From positions 1-43,029 of the forward strand of contig JAPLPC010000218.1 of assembly GCA_026400425.1 (NCBI GenBank): 43,029 nt of DNA. The letters are read 5' to 3'. Each line of letters opens with the position of its first letter. Position 1 is the stretch's first letter. This DNA comes from Hyphomicrobiales bacterium. GTDB taxonomy: Bacteria > Pseudomonadota > Alphaproteobacteria > Rhizobiales > Xanthobacteraceae. Of the stretch, positions 1-9,646 are shown piece after piece. The notes under the pieces are model-generated. The model was not told where the DNA came from, did no database searches, and saw only the letters and a program-made list of their open reading frames with translations. The position numbers were made by a program, and so were the translations under genes.

Positions 1-2
1 CG

Positions 3-545
3 CTCGCCGGCTTTTTCGGCGGCGCCGTCGATGCCGCACTGACCAAGATCACGGAGTTCTTCCAGATCCTGCCGCCACTGCTGTTCGCCATGGTGCTGGT
101 CACGCTGTTCGGTCAGTCGCTGGTCGTCGTCACGCTCGCCATCGGCATCGTCAGCTGGCCGTCGGCAGCGCGCCTGACGCGCGCGGAATTCCTGCGGCTG
201 CGCAATCTCGATTTCGTCAAGGCGTCGCGCGCGGCCGGCGGCGGCAATGGCCATCTGATCCTGCGCGTGGTCCTGCCCAATGCGCTGCCGCCGATCATCG
301 TCTCGGCGACCCTGGCCATCGGCGTCGCCATCCTGTTCGAAGGCGGACTGAGCTTTCTCGGGCTCGGCGATCCCAACACCATGAGCTGGGGCCTGATGCT
401 CGGTCAGAACCGCAATTACGTGCTCGACGCTTGGTGGTCGGTGACGTTTCCGGGCGCCGCCATCTTCATCGCGGTGCTCGCCATCAGCCTGATCGGCGAC
501 GGCATCAACGATGCCATCAATCCGCGCCTGCGAAAGAGAGGCTGA
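3..545 (+). CDS. ABC transporter permease, DppC/OppC-like (5'-truncated by window edge)
   Basis: Frame is open from nt 3 (LAGFFGGAVDAALTKITEFFQILP...). It has the EAA-loop region (DFVKASRAAGG), SFLGLG-x-P-xx-SWG and the C-terminal GDGINDAINPR typical of DppC. Confidence 0.9.
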   Translation, partial: LAGFFGGAVDAALTKITEFFQILPPLLFAMVLVTLFGQSLVVVTLAIGIVSWPSAARLTRAEFLRLRNLDFVKASRAAGGGNGHLILRVVLPNALPPIIVSATLAIGVAILFEGGLSFLGLGDPNTMSWGLMLGQNRNYVLDAWWSVTFPGAAIFIAVLAISLIGDGINDAINPRLRKRG

Positions 546-547
546 GC

Positions 548-1552
548 ATGTCCTCTGTTTCGAGCCACGTTCTCTCGGTTCAAAATCTCACCGTGACGAT
601 GAAGGGCAGCAAGGGCCCCGTGCCGGTGCTGGAGAATCTCTCCTTCGATGTGGCGCAGGGCAAGACCATGGCGCTGGTCGGCGAATCCGGCTGCGGCAAG
701 AGCATGACCGCGCTCGCCATCATGCAGCTTCTGCCGGAAGATTTCGTCGTCTCGGCCGGCAAGATCCTGCTCGACGGTCAGGACGTCCTTACGTCATCGC
801 CCAGGGAGTTGCGCACCCTGCGCGGCAACAAGATGTCGATGATCTTCCAGGAACCGATGACGGCGCTGAATCCGCTCTACACGGTCGGCGACCAGATCGG
901 CGAAGTGCTACGCCAGCATCGCGGCCTGTCGCGCCGCGAAGCGCACCAACAGGCGATCCAGTTTCTCAAGGCGGTGCAGATCCCGGCCGCTGACAAACGT
1001 ATCGATGCCTATCCTCATCAACTCTCCGGCGGCATGCGCCAACGGGTGATGATCGCCATGGCGCTGGCCTGCAAGCCGAAGCTGCTGATCGCCGACGAAC
1101 CGACCACAGCACTCGACGTCACCGTCCAGGCCCAGATCTTCGATCTGCTCGCCGACCTGCAGGACAACACCGACACCGCGATCGTGCTGATTACCCACGA
1201 CCTCGGTGCCGTCGCAGAACTGGCCGACGATGTCGCCGTGCTGTATGCCGGCCGCTGCATCGAACAGGGCGCGGCGCACGAGATCATCGCCCATGCACGT
1301 CATCCCTATACGCGCGGGTTGATGGCCTGCGTGCCGCATCTTCAACTCGGCAAAGCCGCAGCGCATTCCGCTCCGCTCGACGAGATTCCGGGGATGGTAC
1401 CGCCGCTCGGGGCACGCGGTCCGGATTGCGCCTTCCTCGCCCGCTGCGCATTTGCCGCCGAGGTCTGTCGCACCCGACCGCAGCCGCCGCTCGACCGCGT
1501 CGATCCCGGCGCCGCCGTCTCCTGCTGGCGGCACATGGAGATCGCGCCATGA
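548..1552 (+). CDS. Peptide/nickel ABC transporter ATP-binding subunit, DppD-like
   Basis: Walker A GESGCGKS, signature LSGGMRQ, Walker [13 protein letters not shown] and C-terminal oligoHPY domain (HPYT...C...RC...C). ATG 548 lies just after the permease stop. Confidence 0.92.
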   Translation: MSSVSSHVLSVQNLTVTMKGSKGPVPVLENLSFDVAQGKTMALVGESGCGKSMTALAIMQLLPEDFVVSAGKILLDGQDVLTSSPRELRTLRGNKMSMIFQEPMTALNPLYTVGDQIGEVLRQHRGLSRREAHQQAIQFLKAVQIPAADKRIDAYPHQLSGGMRQRVMIAMALACKPKLLIADEPTTALDVTVQAQIFDLLADLQDNTDTAIVLITHDLGAVAELADDVAVLYAGRCIEQGAAHEIIAHARHPYTRGLMACVPHLQLGKAAAHSAPLDEIPGMVPPLGARGPDCAFLARCAFAAEVCRTRPQPPLDRVDPGAAVSCWRHMEIAP

Positions 1553-2589
1553 GCGACGGACTGGATATCGTCACCACCCCGGCAAGCACAGAGGTCCTGC
1601 TCGATGTCAACGACCTCGTGGTGCATTTCCCTGCCGGCCGCCGCGGCATGTTCGGCCCACCCTCCAAGGTCCATGCCGTCGATGGCGTCAGTTTCCGCGT
1701 CCGCCGCGGCACCACTTTCGGTATTGTCGGCGAGAGCGGCTCGGGCAAATCCACCACTGCGCAGGCAGTGATGCGACTAATTCCGGCGACCTCCGGGCAG
1801 ATTGTGTTCGGCGGTGACAACATCGCCGATTATCGCGGCGAGAAGCTGCGACTGACACGAGCCAGGTTTCAGATCGTATTTCAGGATCCATTCTCGGCGC
1901 TCGATCCGCGCCGCCGCGCGGGCGAACTGATCCGTGAGCCACTCGATCTGCTCGACATCGGATCGCCGCGCGAACGCGATGCACGCGTCAAGCAGTTGCT
2001 TGAAGAGGTCGGGTTGCCGCCGCAGGCTGCGGATCTGTTCCCGCACCAGTTCTCGGGCGGGCAGCGTCAGCGTCTGTGTATCGCCCGCGCGATGGCGCCG
2101 GAGCCGGATCTCATCGTCTGCGACGAGGCCGTGTCAGCGCTCGACGTGGCCATTCAGGCCCAGATCCTCAACCTGCTCAAGAAGCTGCAGCGCGAGCGCG
2201 GCCTGACCTACATCTTCATTTCGCACGACCTCGGCGTGATCCAGCATTTCTGCGACGAGATCGCGGTGATGTATCTCGGCAAGATCGTCGAGCAGGCGCC
2301 GGGCAACGTGTTCTTTTCGGCGCCGTTGCACCCCTATAGCTGGTCGCTGGTGGCCGCCGCTGCCCCGCCCGGCCCGCTGCGCGACCGGCTGAAGAGGGAC
2401 TATCTGGTCAAGGGCGATCCGCCGAGCCCGGTCGATCCACCGCCCGGCTGTCGCTTCGCGCAGCGCTGCCCTTTCGTGATCGAACGTTGTCACGAGGAAC
2501 TACCGGTGTTGAACGTTCAAGCCGAACACCATTTCGTCGCGTGTCACCGCACCGGCGAGATCGACGCGCCGGATTTCAGTTCGTTGTGA
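1549..2589 (+). CDS. Peptide/nickel ABC transporter ATP-binding subunit, DppF-like
   Basis: GESGSGKST, FSGGQRQR, VCDEAVSALD, HPY and PPGCRFAQRC. ATGA overlap with the upstream ATPase stop. Confidence 0.92.
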   Translation: MSDGLDIVTTPASTEVLLDVNDLVVHFPAGRRGMFGPPSKVHAVDGVSFRVRRGTTFGIVGESGSGKSTTAQAVMRLIPATSGQIVFGGDNIADYRGEKLRLTRARFQIVFQDPFSALDPRRRAGELIREPLDLLDIGSPRERDARVKQLLEEVGLPPQAADLFPHQFSGGQRQRLCIARAMAPEPDLIVCDEAVSALDVAIQAQILNLLKKLQRERGLTYIFISHDLGVIQHFCDEIAVMYLGKIVEQAPGNVFFSAPLHPYSWSLVAAAAPPGPLRDRLKRDYLVKGDPPSPVDPPPGCRFAQRCPFVIERCHEELPVLNVQAEHHFVACHRTGEIDAPDFSSL

Positions 2590-2619
2590 GAGGTCGACCG
2601 AACCGCGAATCCCTCGTCA

Positions 2620-5600
2620 TCACCAGGTATCCACGCACGGCCGCTTGCGGCCGTCTCGCTTGGGTGGCGTAGGCACCGATCGCAGGCCGGCCATGATCCA
2701 GCGGCGCGTCTCGGCGGGATCGATGACGTTGTCGATCTCGAACACCGACGCAATCGAGGTCGCCTTGCCGTTGGCATAGAGTTCGGCGACCTTGTTCTTG
2801 TAATAGGTCTCACGCTCGACCGGATCGGCGATCGCCTCCATCTCCTTGCGGAAACCGAGACGGACATAACCTTCCAGCCCCATGCCGCCGAATTCGCCGG
2901 TCGGCCACGCCGCGGTGAAAAACGACGCATGGAATCCTCCGCCGATCATCGACTGCGCGCCGAGACCGTAGCCCTTGCGCAGCACGATGCCGAACAGCGG
3001 CACGGTGATGCTGGCACCGGTGACGAACATGCGCGCGACATGGCGCACGATCGCCGTCTTCTCGGCCTCCGGCCCGACCATGAAGCCGGGCGTATCGCAG
3101 AGTGATACGATCGGGATGTCGAACGCGTCGCAGAGCTGCAGGAAGCGCGCGGCCTTGTCGCCGGCCGCGGCATCGATGGCGCCGCCGAGATGCTTCGGAT
3201 TGTTGGCGATCAGGCCGAGCGGCTTGCCTTCGATGCGGATGAAGGCGGTGATCATGCCGACGCCGAAGTCACGACGGATTTCGAGCACGGAGCCTTCATC
3301 GGCGATCCCGTCGATCACCGTGCGGATGTCATAGACCCGCAACCGGTTTTCGGGAATCGCGCGGCGCAACCGCCGCTGATCGGGGGCACTCCATTCGGCA
3401 ACCGCGCCCTGGAAGTACGACAGATATTTTTGTGCGACGCGCGTCGCTTCCTCCTCATCCTCGACGAGAATATCGACAACACCATTCGGGGACTGGAAAG
3501 ACACCGGCCCCACCTCCGCCGGATGATAGACGCCAAGGCCGCCGCCTTCGATCATCGCGGGCCCCCCCATGCCGATCGAAGCATTCCTGGTGGCGATGAT
3601 GACATCGCAGCAGCCGAGCATCGCAGCATTGCCGGCGAAGCAATAACCTGACACCACGCCGATGACCGGCACCAGCCCGGACAACTTGGCGAACTGCACG
3701 AAGGATGGGCCATCGAGCCCGGTCATGCCCAGCCGGTCGGTATCGCCGGGACGGCCGCCGCCGCCTTCGGCATAGAACACCAGCGGCATCTTCCACTGTT
3801 CGACCAGCGACAGCATGCGGTCGATCTTCTTGTGGTTCATATGCCCCTGGGTGCCGGCCAGCACGGTGTAGTCATAAGAGATCACCATGCAGCGCGCTTC
3901 GTGCTCGCCGAACTGGGCGGCATTGACCGTGGCGACGCCCGAGATGAGGCCATCCGCCGGCGTATTCTTGATGAGATCGTCGAGCGCGCGGCGGCGGCGC
4001 TGACCGGCAATCGCGAGACTACCATATTCCATGAACGAGCCATCATCGACCAGTTGCGCGATATTCTCGCGCGCGGTGCGCTGATTGGTCTTGCGGCGGC
4101 GCTCGACCGAAGACGGCCGGTTTTCATCCAGCGTGTTGCCCTGGCGCGCAATCATCTCGGCAAGATCCGGACGGATATAATCGAGATCGATCTCGGCTTC
4201 CGCCGCTTCCAGATCCCCGGCGACGTCCTGCGGCGTGATATAGAGAATGGGCTCGCCCTGCATCAAGGTCACGCCATCGCTTGCCACGATGCGCGTCACG
4301 CGTCCGCCCTGCTCCGCGGTCACCAGATGCTCCATCTTCATGGACTCGATAATTGCGAGCTGCTGGCCGGGACGCACGACGTCACCTTCGGCCACCGGGA
4401 TCGACACCACGGTTCCCTGCAACGGCGCGGAGACCGCGATCGATCCCTCCGGCGCGGGCAGCGCGGCGTCCTGAGAGGATCGTGCATCGCCACCGGTGCC
4501 GACCGGATCGAACAACGGCTTGCCGACGGCCTGCGCGGCGCCGACGAGATCGCCGACATGGCGATCGATGAAGCTGGTGCTGACGCGGTTGGCCTGGAAA
4601 TCCGCATGGGCAAGGATCGCCTGCATGAACGGGATATTGGTGGCGACACCCTCGATGCGGAACTCGCGCAATGCGCGCTTGCCCTTGGCGATGACGTCCA
4701 CCCATTGCGATGGCGTATGGACGATAACCTTGGCGAGCAGCGAGTCGAAAGCAGCACTGGTCCTGTAGCCGGCATAGCCGAACGTATCAACGCGCACGCC
4801 GGGGCCCGATGGTGGCTCGAACACCGCAAGCGTGCCGCCGGTCGGCTGGGTGGCGCCGGTGGCGTCCATGGTTTCCATGTTGATGCGGAGCTGCATGGCG
4901 AAGCCGCGCGGCTTCGGCACCGACGCCTGATCGAGACCGAGCGATGCCAGCGTGGCGCCGTCGGCCACCGCCAACTGCGCACGCACCAGATCGACCGACA
5001 GCACCTCTTCGGTCACGGTATGCTCGACCTGCAGCCGCGGATTGGCTTCGATGAAGGCAAAGGCGCCTTCGCTCTCGCCGGCTTCGCCATCGACCAAAAA
5101 CTCGAACGTGCCGAGGCTGTCATACTTCGCCTCCGCAGCGAGTTGTTTGGCGGCCTCGACAATCCGGTTGCGCAGTTTGTCGGTGAGCGACGGGCTGGGC
5201 GCGACCTCGACCAGTTTCTGATTGCGGCGCTGGATGGTGCATTCGCGCTCCCACAACTGGCTGATGTCGCCATGGCGATCGCCGATGATCTGCACTTCGA
5301 TATGGCGGGCATCGCGGATGAGGCGCTCGACATACACGCCGTCGCTGCCGACTGCCGCCTTGGCCTCCGATTGGCAGCGCGCATAGGCCTCATCGAGATC
5401 CGCGGCGCGCTCGACCACGCGCATGCCGCGGCCACCGCCGCCGGCCATTGCCTTGATCATGACGGCGGCATTGGGGCCGGCCGCGTCGAAGAACGCCCTC
5501 ACCTCGTCGAGGCTCGATGGGCCCGTGGTGCCGGCGATGATCGGCACGCCGCAGCGCTTGGCAAGCTGCTTCGCGGCCACCTTGTCGCCGAACAATTGCA

Positions 5601-5928
5601 GCGCCGCTGGCGACGGGCCGACAAAGGTGATGCCTTCCTCGGCGCAGCGGCGCGCCAGATCGGCATTCTCACTGAGAAAGCCGTAGCCGGGATGCAGCGC
5701 ATCGCAGCCCGTGGACCTGGCCGCCTCGATCACGCCTTCGATATCGAGATAGGCACGCGCGCCGCGTCCAGGGATTTCGACCGCCTCGTCGGCGATCCGG
5801 ACATGCAAGGACGCAGCATCATCGGCCGGATAGACCGCGACTGTCGCCAGACCCGCGTCTGCAGCGGCGCGCGCGATGCGAATGGCGATCTCGCCGCGAT
5901 TGGCGATCAGCAATTTGCGAAAGGACAT
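2620..5928 (-). CDS. Single-chain biotin-dependent acyl-CoA carboxylase (BC-BCCP-CT fusion; LCC-type)
   Basis: 1102 aa. N-terminal biotin carboxylase (LLIANRGEIA, HPGYGFLSEN, GGGGRGMR, ERECTIQRRNQK, NPRLQVEH), central biotinyl domain (ESMKM) and C-terminal carboxyltransferase (DYTVLAGTQG, GGGGRPGD, DTPGFMVG). Confidence 0.92.
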   Translation of the reverse strand: MSFRKLLIANRGEIAIRIARAAADAGLATVAVYPADDAASLHVRIADEAVEIPGRGARAYLDIEGVIEAARSTGCDALHPGYGFLSENADLARRCAEEGITFVGPSPAALQLFGDKVAAKQLAKRCGVPIIAGTTGPSSLDEVRAFFDAAGPNAAVMIKAMAGGGGRGMRVVERAADLDEAYARCQSEAKAAVGSDGVYVERLIRDARHIEVQIIGDRHGDISQLWERECTIQRRNQKLVEVAPSPSLTDKLRNRIVEAAKQLAAEAKYDSLGTFEFLVDGEAGESEGAFAFIEANPRLQVEHTVTEEVLSVDLVRAQLAVADGATLASLGLDQASVPKPRGFAMQLRINMETMDATGATQPTGGTLAVFEPPSGPGVRVDTFGYAGYRTSAAFDSLLAKVIVHTPSQWVDVIAKGKRALREFRIEGVATNIPFMQAILAHADFQANRVSTSFIDRHVGDLVGAAQAVGKPLFDPVGTGGDARSSQDAALPAPEGSIAVSAPLQGTVVSIPVAEGDVVRPGQQLAIIESMKMEHLVTAEQGGRVTRIVASDGVTLMQGEPILYITPQDVAGDLEAAEAEIDLDYIRPDLAEMIARQGNTLDENRPSSVERRRKTNQRTARENIAQLVDDGSFMEYGSLAIAGQRRRRALDDLIKNTPADGLISGVATVNAAQFGEHEARCMVISYDYTVLAGTQGHMNHKKIDRMLSLVEQWKMPLVFYAEGGGGRPGDTDRLGMTGLDGPSFVQFAKLSGLVPVIGVVSGYCFAGNAAMLGCCDVIIATRNASIGMGGPAMIEGGGLGVYHPAEVGPVSFQSPNGVVDILVEDEEEATRVAQKYLSYFQGAVAEWSAPDQRRLRRAIPENRLRVYDIRTVIDGIADEGSVLEIRRDFGVGMITAFIRIEGKPLGLIANNPKHLGGAIDAAAGDKAARFLQLCDAFDIPIVSLCDTPGFMVGPEAEKTAIVRHVARMFVTGASITVPLFGIVLRKGYGLGAQSMIGGGFHASFFTAAWPTGEFGGMGLEGYVRLGFRKEMEAIADPVERETYYKNKVAELYANGKATSIASVFEIDNVIDPAETRRWIMAGLRSVPTPPKRDGRKRPCVDTW

Positions 5929-6000
5929 TCAAATTCTCCGTGAACAACCACGCGATCCCGGGCGGCATCGGCCGCGCCGGAGACTGGTATGACGATCGAT

Positions 6001-7731
6001 TTACTGCGGCGCGTTGGCGTCGAGTTCCTGCTTCTTGACCTTGCCGGTCGCGGTCATCGGCAGCGCGTCGATGACGCGGATCTCCGGCACCTTGTAGACA
6101 GCCATCCGCTCGGCACACCACGCCTGCAGCTCGGCGGGCGTGATACTGCCAATCGCCTCCGGCTTGAGCTGGATGAAGGCGACCGGGACTTGCCCCTTGC
6201 CGGCATCATCGCGACCGACCACGCCCGAGCCGAGCACCTTCGGGTGCTGCCCGAGAAGCGCCTCGATCTCCGGCGGAAACACGCTCATGCCCTTGACCTT
6301 CAGCATCTCCTTGCGACGCCCCAGAAAATGCAGGAATCCATGGGGATCAATGGTGCCGATGTCGCCGGTGCGCAGCCAGCCATCGACCAGCGACTCCGCG
6401 GTTGCCTCCGGCTTGTTCCAGTAGCTCTTGAGCAGCGAGGGCGTGCGGACGCGGATCTCGCCTTCGCCGCCGAGCGGCACCAGCGCGCCGGTTTCGAAAT
6501 CGGTGATCTTGAACTCGGCGCCGGGCACCGGCAGGCCGACGAAGATCGGCTGCGAGACGAGGTCGAAATCGTCGCCCTGGAATCCGGCGGTGAAGGTGTT
6601 GGAGGTGTGGGTCTCGGTCATGCCCCACGCCGCCTCGGTGAGGATGGTGCCGGTGAGATCCTTCCAGCGCTTGCGATAGGCCGGGTTGAGCTTCTTGACG
6701 AAGGACACCACGCGGACCTGACTGAGCGACGACAGGTCGAACTCGCCGAAGCGCGGATGATCCATCAGCTCGACGGCGCCGTCCACCGGCATCGCGGTGA
6801 CATTGACCTTGTAATGATCGATCGCCGACAGCGTGCCGATCGCATCCCAGCGCGCCAGCAGGATCAAGGTGGCGCCGGTGAACATCGGAAAGATGAGGCC
6901 GAAATTCTCGCCGGCAATCCAGAACTCCGGAAAGAACGACAGGAACACGCTGTCCTCGTTCGCCACCACGGAGATCCCGTGATTGGCGGCAGCCGTGTAG
7001 ACCATGTCGCGCTGGGTATGCACGCAGCCCTTCGGCATGCCGGTGGTGCCGCCGGTATAGTTCAACGCGGCGATATCATCGAGCCCGGCGGGCGGCAGCG
7101 GCGTCGGTGCCGGCAGCGCGGCCAAGGCCGGCAGCAGGTCGGTCGCGCCGGCGATTGCGATCCGCGGCGTGGCGATCGAGTCAGGCACTGGGATGGTCGG
7201 CTCGGCCGGCAGCACATCGGCAAAGCTGGTGACGATCACTTCTCGCAACTTGGTCTCGCCGCGGACCTGATCGACCACCGGGCTGAGCTGATCGAGCGCC
7301 ACGATCACTTCGGCATCGGTGTCGTTCAGTTCATAAGCGAGCTCGAAGGCGCGCGACAGCGGGCTGACCGGCACATGAATGGCGCCGAGCTTGAGGATGC
7401 CGAAGAACACGATGTGAAACTGCGGGCAGTTTGGCAGGAACACCGCGACGCGGTCGCCCTTCTTGACGCCCTTCTGAATCAGCAAAGCCGCGAAGCGATC
7501 GCTTTGCTCATCTAGCTCGGCATAGGTCGTCACATGGCCATAGAAGATCACTGCGGGCTTGGCGGGGTTCCGCTTGGCCCAGGCACGCAGATACTCGGTC
7601 AGCGCCACCTCGCCGTGCAGATATTGCGGTTTGTCGGGCGTGCCCTTCGGCCATGCTTTCGCCCAGAGCTGGTGCAACTTCGCGAGATAGTCGGCTTCGC
7701 TCTGGATATGCTGGACGCCTGCGGTCATCAC
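6001..7731 (-). CDS. AMP-dependent acyl-CoA synthetase/ligase
   Basis: Adenylate-forming motifs YTGGTTGMPKG, WGMTET, RTGD, GRRKEMLK and terminal TATGKVKK. Start is GTG 7731 or ATG 7728. Confidence 0.9.
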   Translation of the reverse strand: MMTAGVQHIQSEADYLAKLHQLWAKAWPKGTPDKPQYLHGEVALTEYLRAWAKRNPAKPAVIFYGHVTTYAELDEQSDRFAALLIQKGVKKGDRVAVFLPNCPQFHIVFFGILKLGAIHVPVSPLSRAFELAYELNDTDAEVIVALDQLSPVVDQVRGETKLREVIVTSFADVLPAEPTIPVPDSIATPRIAIAGATDLLPALAALPAPTPLPPAGLDDIAALNYTGGTTGMPKGCVHTQRDMVYTAAANHGISVVANEDSVFLSFFPEFWIAGENFGLIFPMFTGATLILLARWDAIGTLSAIDHYKVNVTAMPVDGAVELMDHPRFGEFDLSSLSQVRVVSFVKKLNPAYRKRWKDLTGTILTEAAWGMTETHTSNTFTAGFQGDDFDLVSQPIFVGLPVPGAEFKITDFETGALVPLGGEGEIRVRTPSLLKSYWNKPEATAESLVDGWLRTGDIGTIDPHGFLHFLGRRKEMLKVKGMSVFPPEIEALLGQHPKVLGSGVVGRDDAGKGQVPVAFIQLKPEAIGSITPAELQAWCAERMAVYKVPEIRVIDALPMTATGKVKKQELDANAPQ

Positions 7732-7755
7732 CGTCTTCCTTGTTCTTGTTCTTGA

Positions 7756-8634
7756 TCAGTTACGTTTCATGGTCGGGTCGAGCGCGACGCGCAGTGATTC
7801 ACCGAGGGTATTGAAGGCAAGCGCGGTGAACAGGATCGCGAGGCCCGGCGGATACATCTGCTCCGGCGCGATTTCCATGTTCTGATAGGCCCGCGCCAGC
7901 ATCGCGCCCCAGCTCGGATCCGGCGGCTGGATGCCAAGACCGAGAAAGCTGAGGCTGGCTTCGGCGAGCAGCGCTGCCGCCAGCAGCAGCGTCACCTGCA
8001 CGATCACCGGCTGGATGGCATTCGGCAGCACGTGACGCCACAGGATCCGCGTGGTCGAGCCCCCGAAGCAGCGCGCGGCATCGACATAGAGTTCGTTGCG
8101 CACGACCAGCGTGCGCGCACGCACCAGCCGCGCCAGTTGCGGCGCGAACACGATGCCGACCGAGATCATGCCATTGGTCAGGCCGATCCCGAGCGCGCCG
8201 GTGACGGCAATCGCGAGCACGATGGCCGGGAATGACAGGAAGCTGTCGATCACGCGGCTGATCGTGGCATCGACCCAGCCGCCGAGATAACCGGCCAGCA
8301 CGCCGACCGGCACGCCGATGAGCACGGCAATGGTCACCGCCAGAAAACTCGCATAGAGCGACGCCACGCCGCCATAGATCAGCCGGCTCAGCGTATCGCG
8401 CCCGAGATCGTCCGCACCGAGCCAGTGCGCGCCGGACATCGGCGCCAGTGCCGCATCGATATCCTGCTCAGCGGGTGCATAGGGCGAAATCCACGGCGCC
8501 AGCACCGAGATCAACATCAGCGCCAGCAAAAACGTCAGACTGATCGCGCCGCGCAGGTCGCTGACGAACCAGCGTGCGAAGCCGGCGAAGCGGCTCGGCC
8601 GACGCGCGGGAACCATGGTGGTTGCATCGGTCAT
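7756..8634 (-). CDS. ABC transporter permease, DppC-like
   Basis: HWLGADDLGRD, YVDAARCFG, HVLPN and SFLGLGIQPPDPSWG. Confidence 0.92.
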   Translation of the reverse strand: MTDATTMVPARRPSRFAGFARWFVSDLRGAISLTFLLALMLISVLAPWISPYAPAEQDIDAALAPMSGAHWLGADDLGRDTLSRLIYGGVASLYASFLAVTIAVLIGVPVGVLAGYLGGWVDATISRVIDSFLSFPAIVLAIAVTGALGIGLTNGMISVGIVFAPQLARLVRARTLVVRNELYVDAARCFGGSTTRILWRHVLPNAIQPVIVQVTLLLAAALLAEASLSFLGLGIQPPDPSWGAMLARAYQNMEIAPEQMYPPGLAILFTALAFNTLGESLRVALDPTMKRN

Positions 8635-9587
8635 GAGGAAATCCTCGGATCGAGCACGCTATAGAGAATGTCGGTCAACAGATTGAGCGTCACCACGATC
8701 AGCACCATGGTGAACACGACGCCCTGCACCACCGGGAAATCACGGTTCATCGCGCCGTTGACGATCAGGCCGCCCATGCCGGGGATCGCGAACACGGCCT
8801 CCACCACGACGGTCGCGGCCAGCATCCGGTTCGCCAGCAGGCTGACCACCGTGAGAAGGTTGACGCTGACATTCTTGAGGCCGTGCCGCCACAGAATCGC
8901 GGATGGCGGCAAGCCTTTGGCGTGCAAGGTGCGGACCTGCTGCGACGAAAGGATCTCGACCAGCGACGATCGCAATTGCCGCGCCACTTCGGCGATGCCG
9001 CCGGACGCCAGCGCCACCGCCGGCAATATGGCGTGACTGAGCGACGCCCACGGGTCTTTCATCAGCGACACCGCGCCGGTGGCCGGCAGCCAGTTGAGTT
9101 GCAGCGAGAAGAACGCCACCAGCAGCATGCCGAGCCAGAAGTTCGGCACGGCAACGCCGAGCGACGCGATCGCCATCACGAAGCCGTCGATCCACGATCC
9201 GGGTTTGGTCGCCGCGGCAATGCCGAGCGGAATGCCGATCAGCATTGCCGTGAACAGCGCCAGCGCCACGATCAGCAAGGTGTGCGGCAGGCAGCGCTGG
9301 ATCGAGGTCAGCACTGCCTCGTTGGATATCAGCGAGCTTGAGAGGTCGCCATGCGCGGCCTTCCATAGCCATGAGCCATATTGCAGAAAGAACGGCTGGT
9401 TCAGACCATAGAGTTCTCGGATCTCGGCGATCCGCTGATCCGACGCGTTGTCGCCCGCCAGCGTCACCGCGACATCCCCCGGCACCAGCTTGAGCAGGCC
9501 GAACACGATGAATGTGGACAACACGACCACCGGGATCGCCTGCAGCAGACGACGCCCGATGATACGGAGACGCGAAGAGTTCAACAT
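8631..9587 (-). CDS. ABC transporter permease, DppB-like
   Basis: LVPGD, YGLNQP-x3-QY, VPNFWLG, AKGL and RDFPVVQG...LDPRI. Confidence 0.92.
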   Translation of the reverse strand: MLNSSRLRIIGRRLLQAIPVVVLSTFIVFGLLKLVPGDVAVTLAGDNASDQRIAEIRELYGLNQPFFLQYGSWLWKAAHGDLSSSLISNEAVLTSIQRCLPHTLLIVALALFTAMLIGIPLGIAAATKPGSWIDGFVMAIASLGVAVPNFWLGMLLVAFFSLQLNWLPATGAVSLMKDPWASLSHAILPAVALASGGIAEVARQLRSSLVEILSSQQVRTLHAKGLPPSAILWRHGLKNVSVNLLTVVSLLANRMLAATVVVEAVFAIPGMGGLIVNGAMNRDFPVVQGVVFTMVLIVVTLNLLTDILYSVLDPRISS

Positions 9588-9611
9588 GCAGCCATCCAGC
9601 CGGAGTGAGGA

Positions 9612-9632
9612 GCGCCGCGACAGTCGCGGCGC
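9612..9632. other. Intercistronic hairpin between substrate-binding protein and permease genes
   Basis: Perfect inverted repeat GCGCCGCGAC-A-GTCGCGGCGC with no U-tract. The position is typical of mRNA-stabilising stem-loops downstream of SBP genes. Confidence 0.6.
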
Positions 9633-9646
9633 CGTTGTCGCGTGTG

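Noticed and set aside
3832-7515. Very long plus-strand ORFs (703 aa at 3832-5943; 508 aa at 5989-7515)
   Set aside because: Antisense shadows of the carboxylase and ligase. Such ORFs are expected in high-GC3 DNA, and these have no recognisable motifs.
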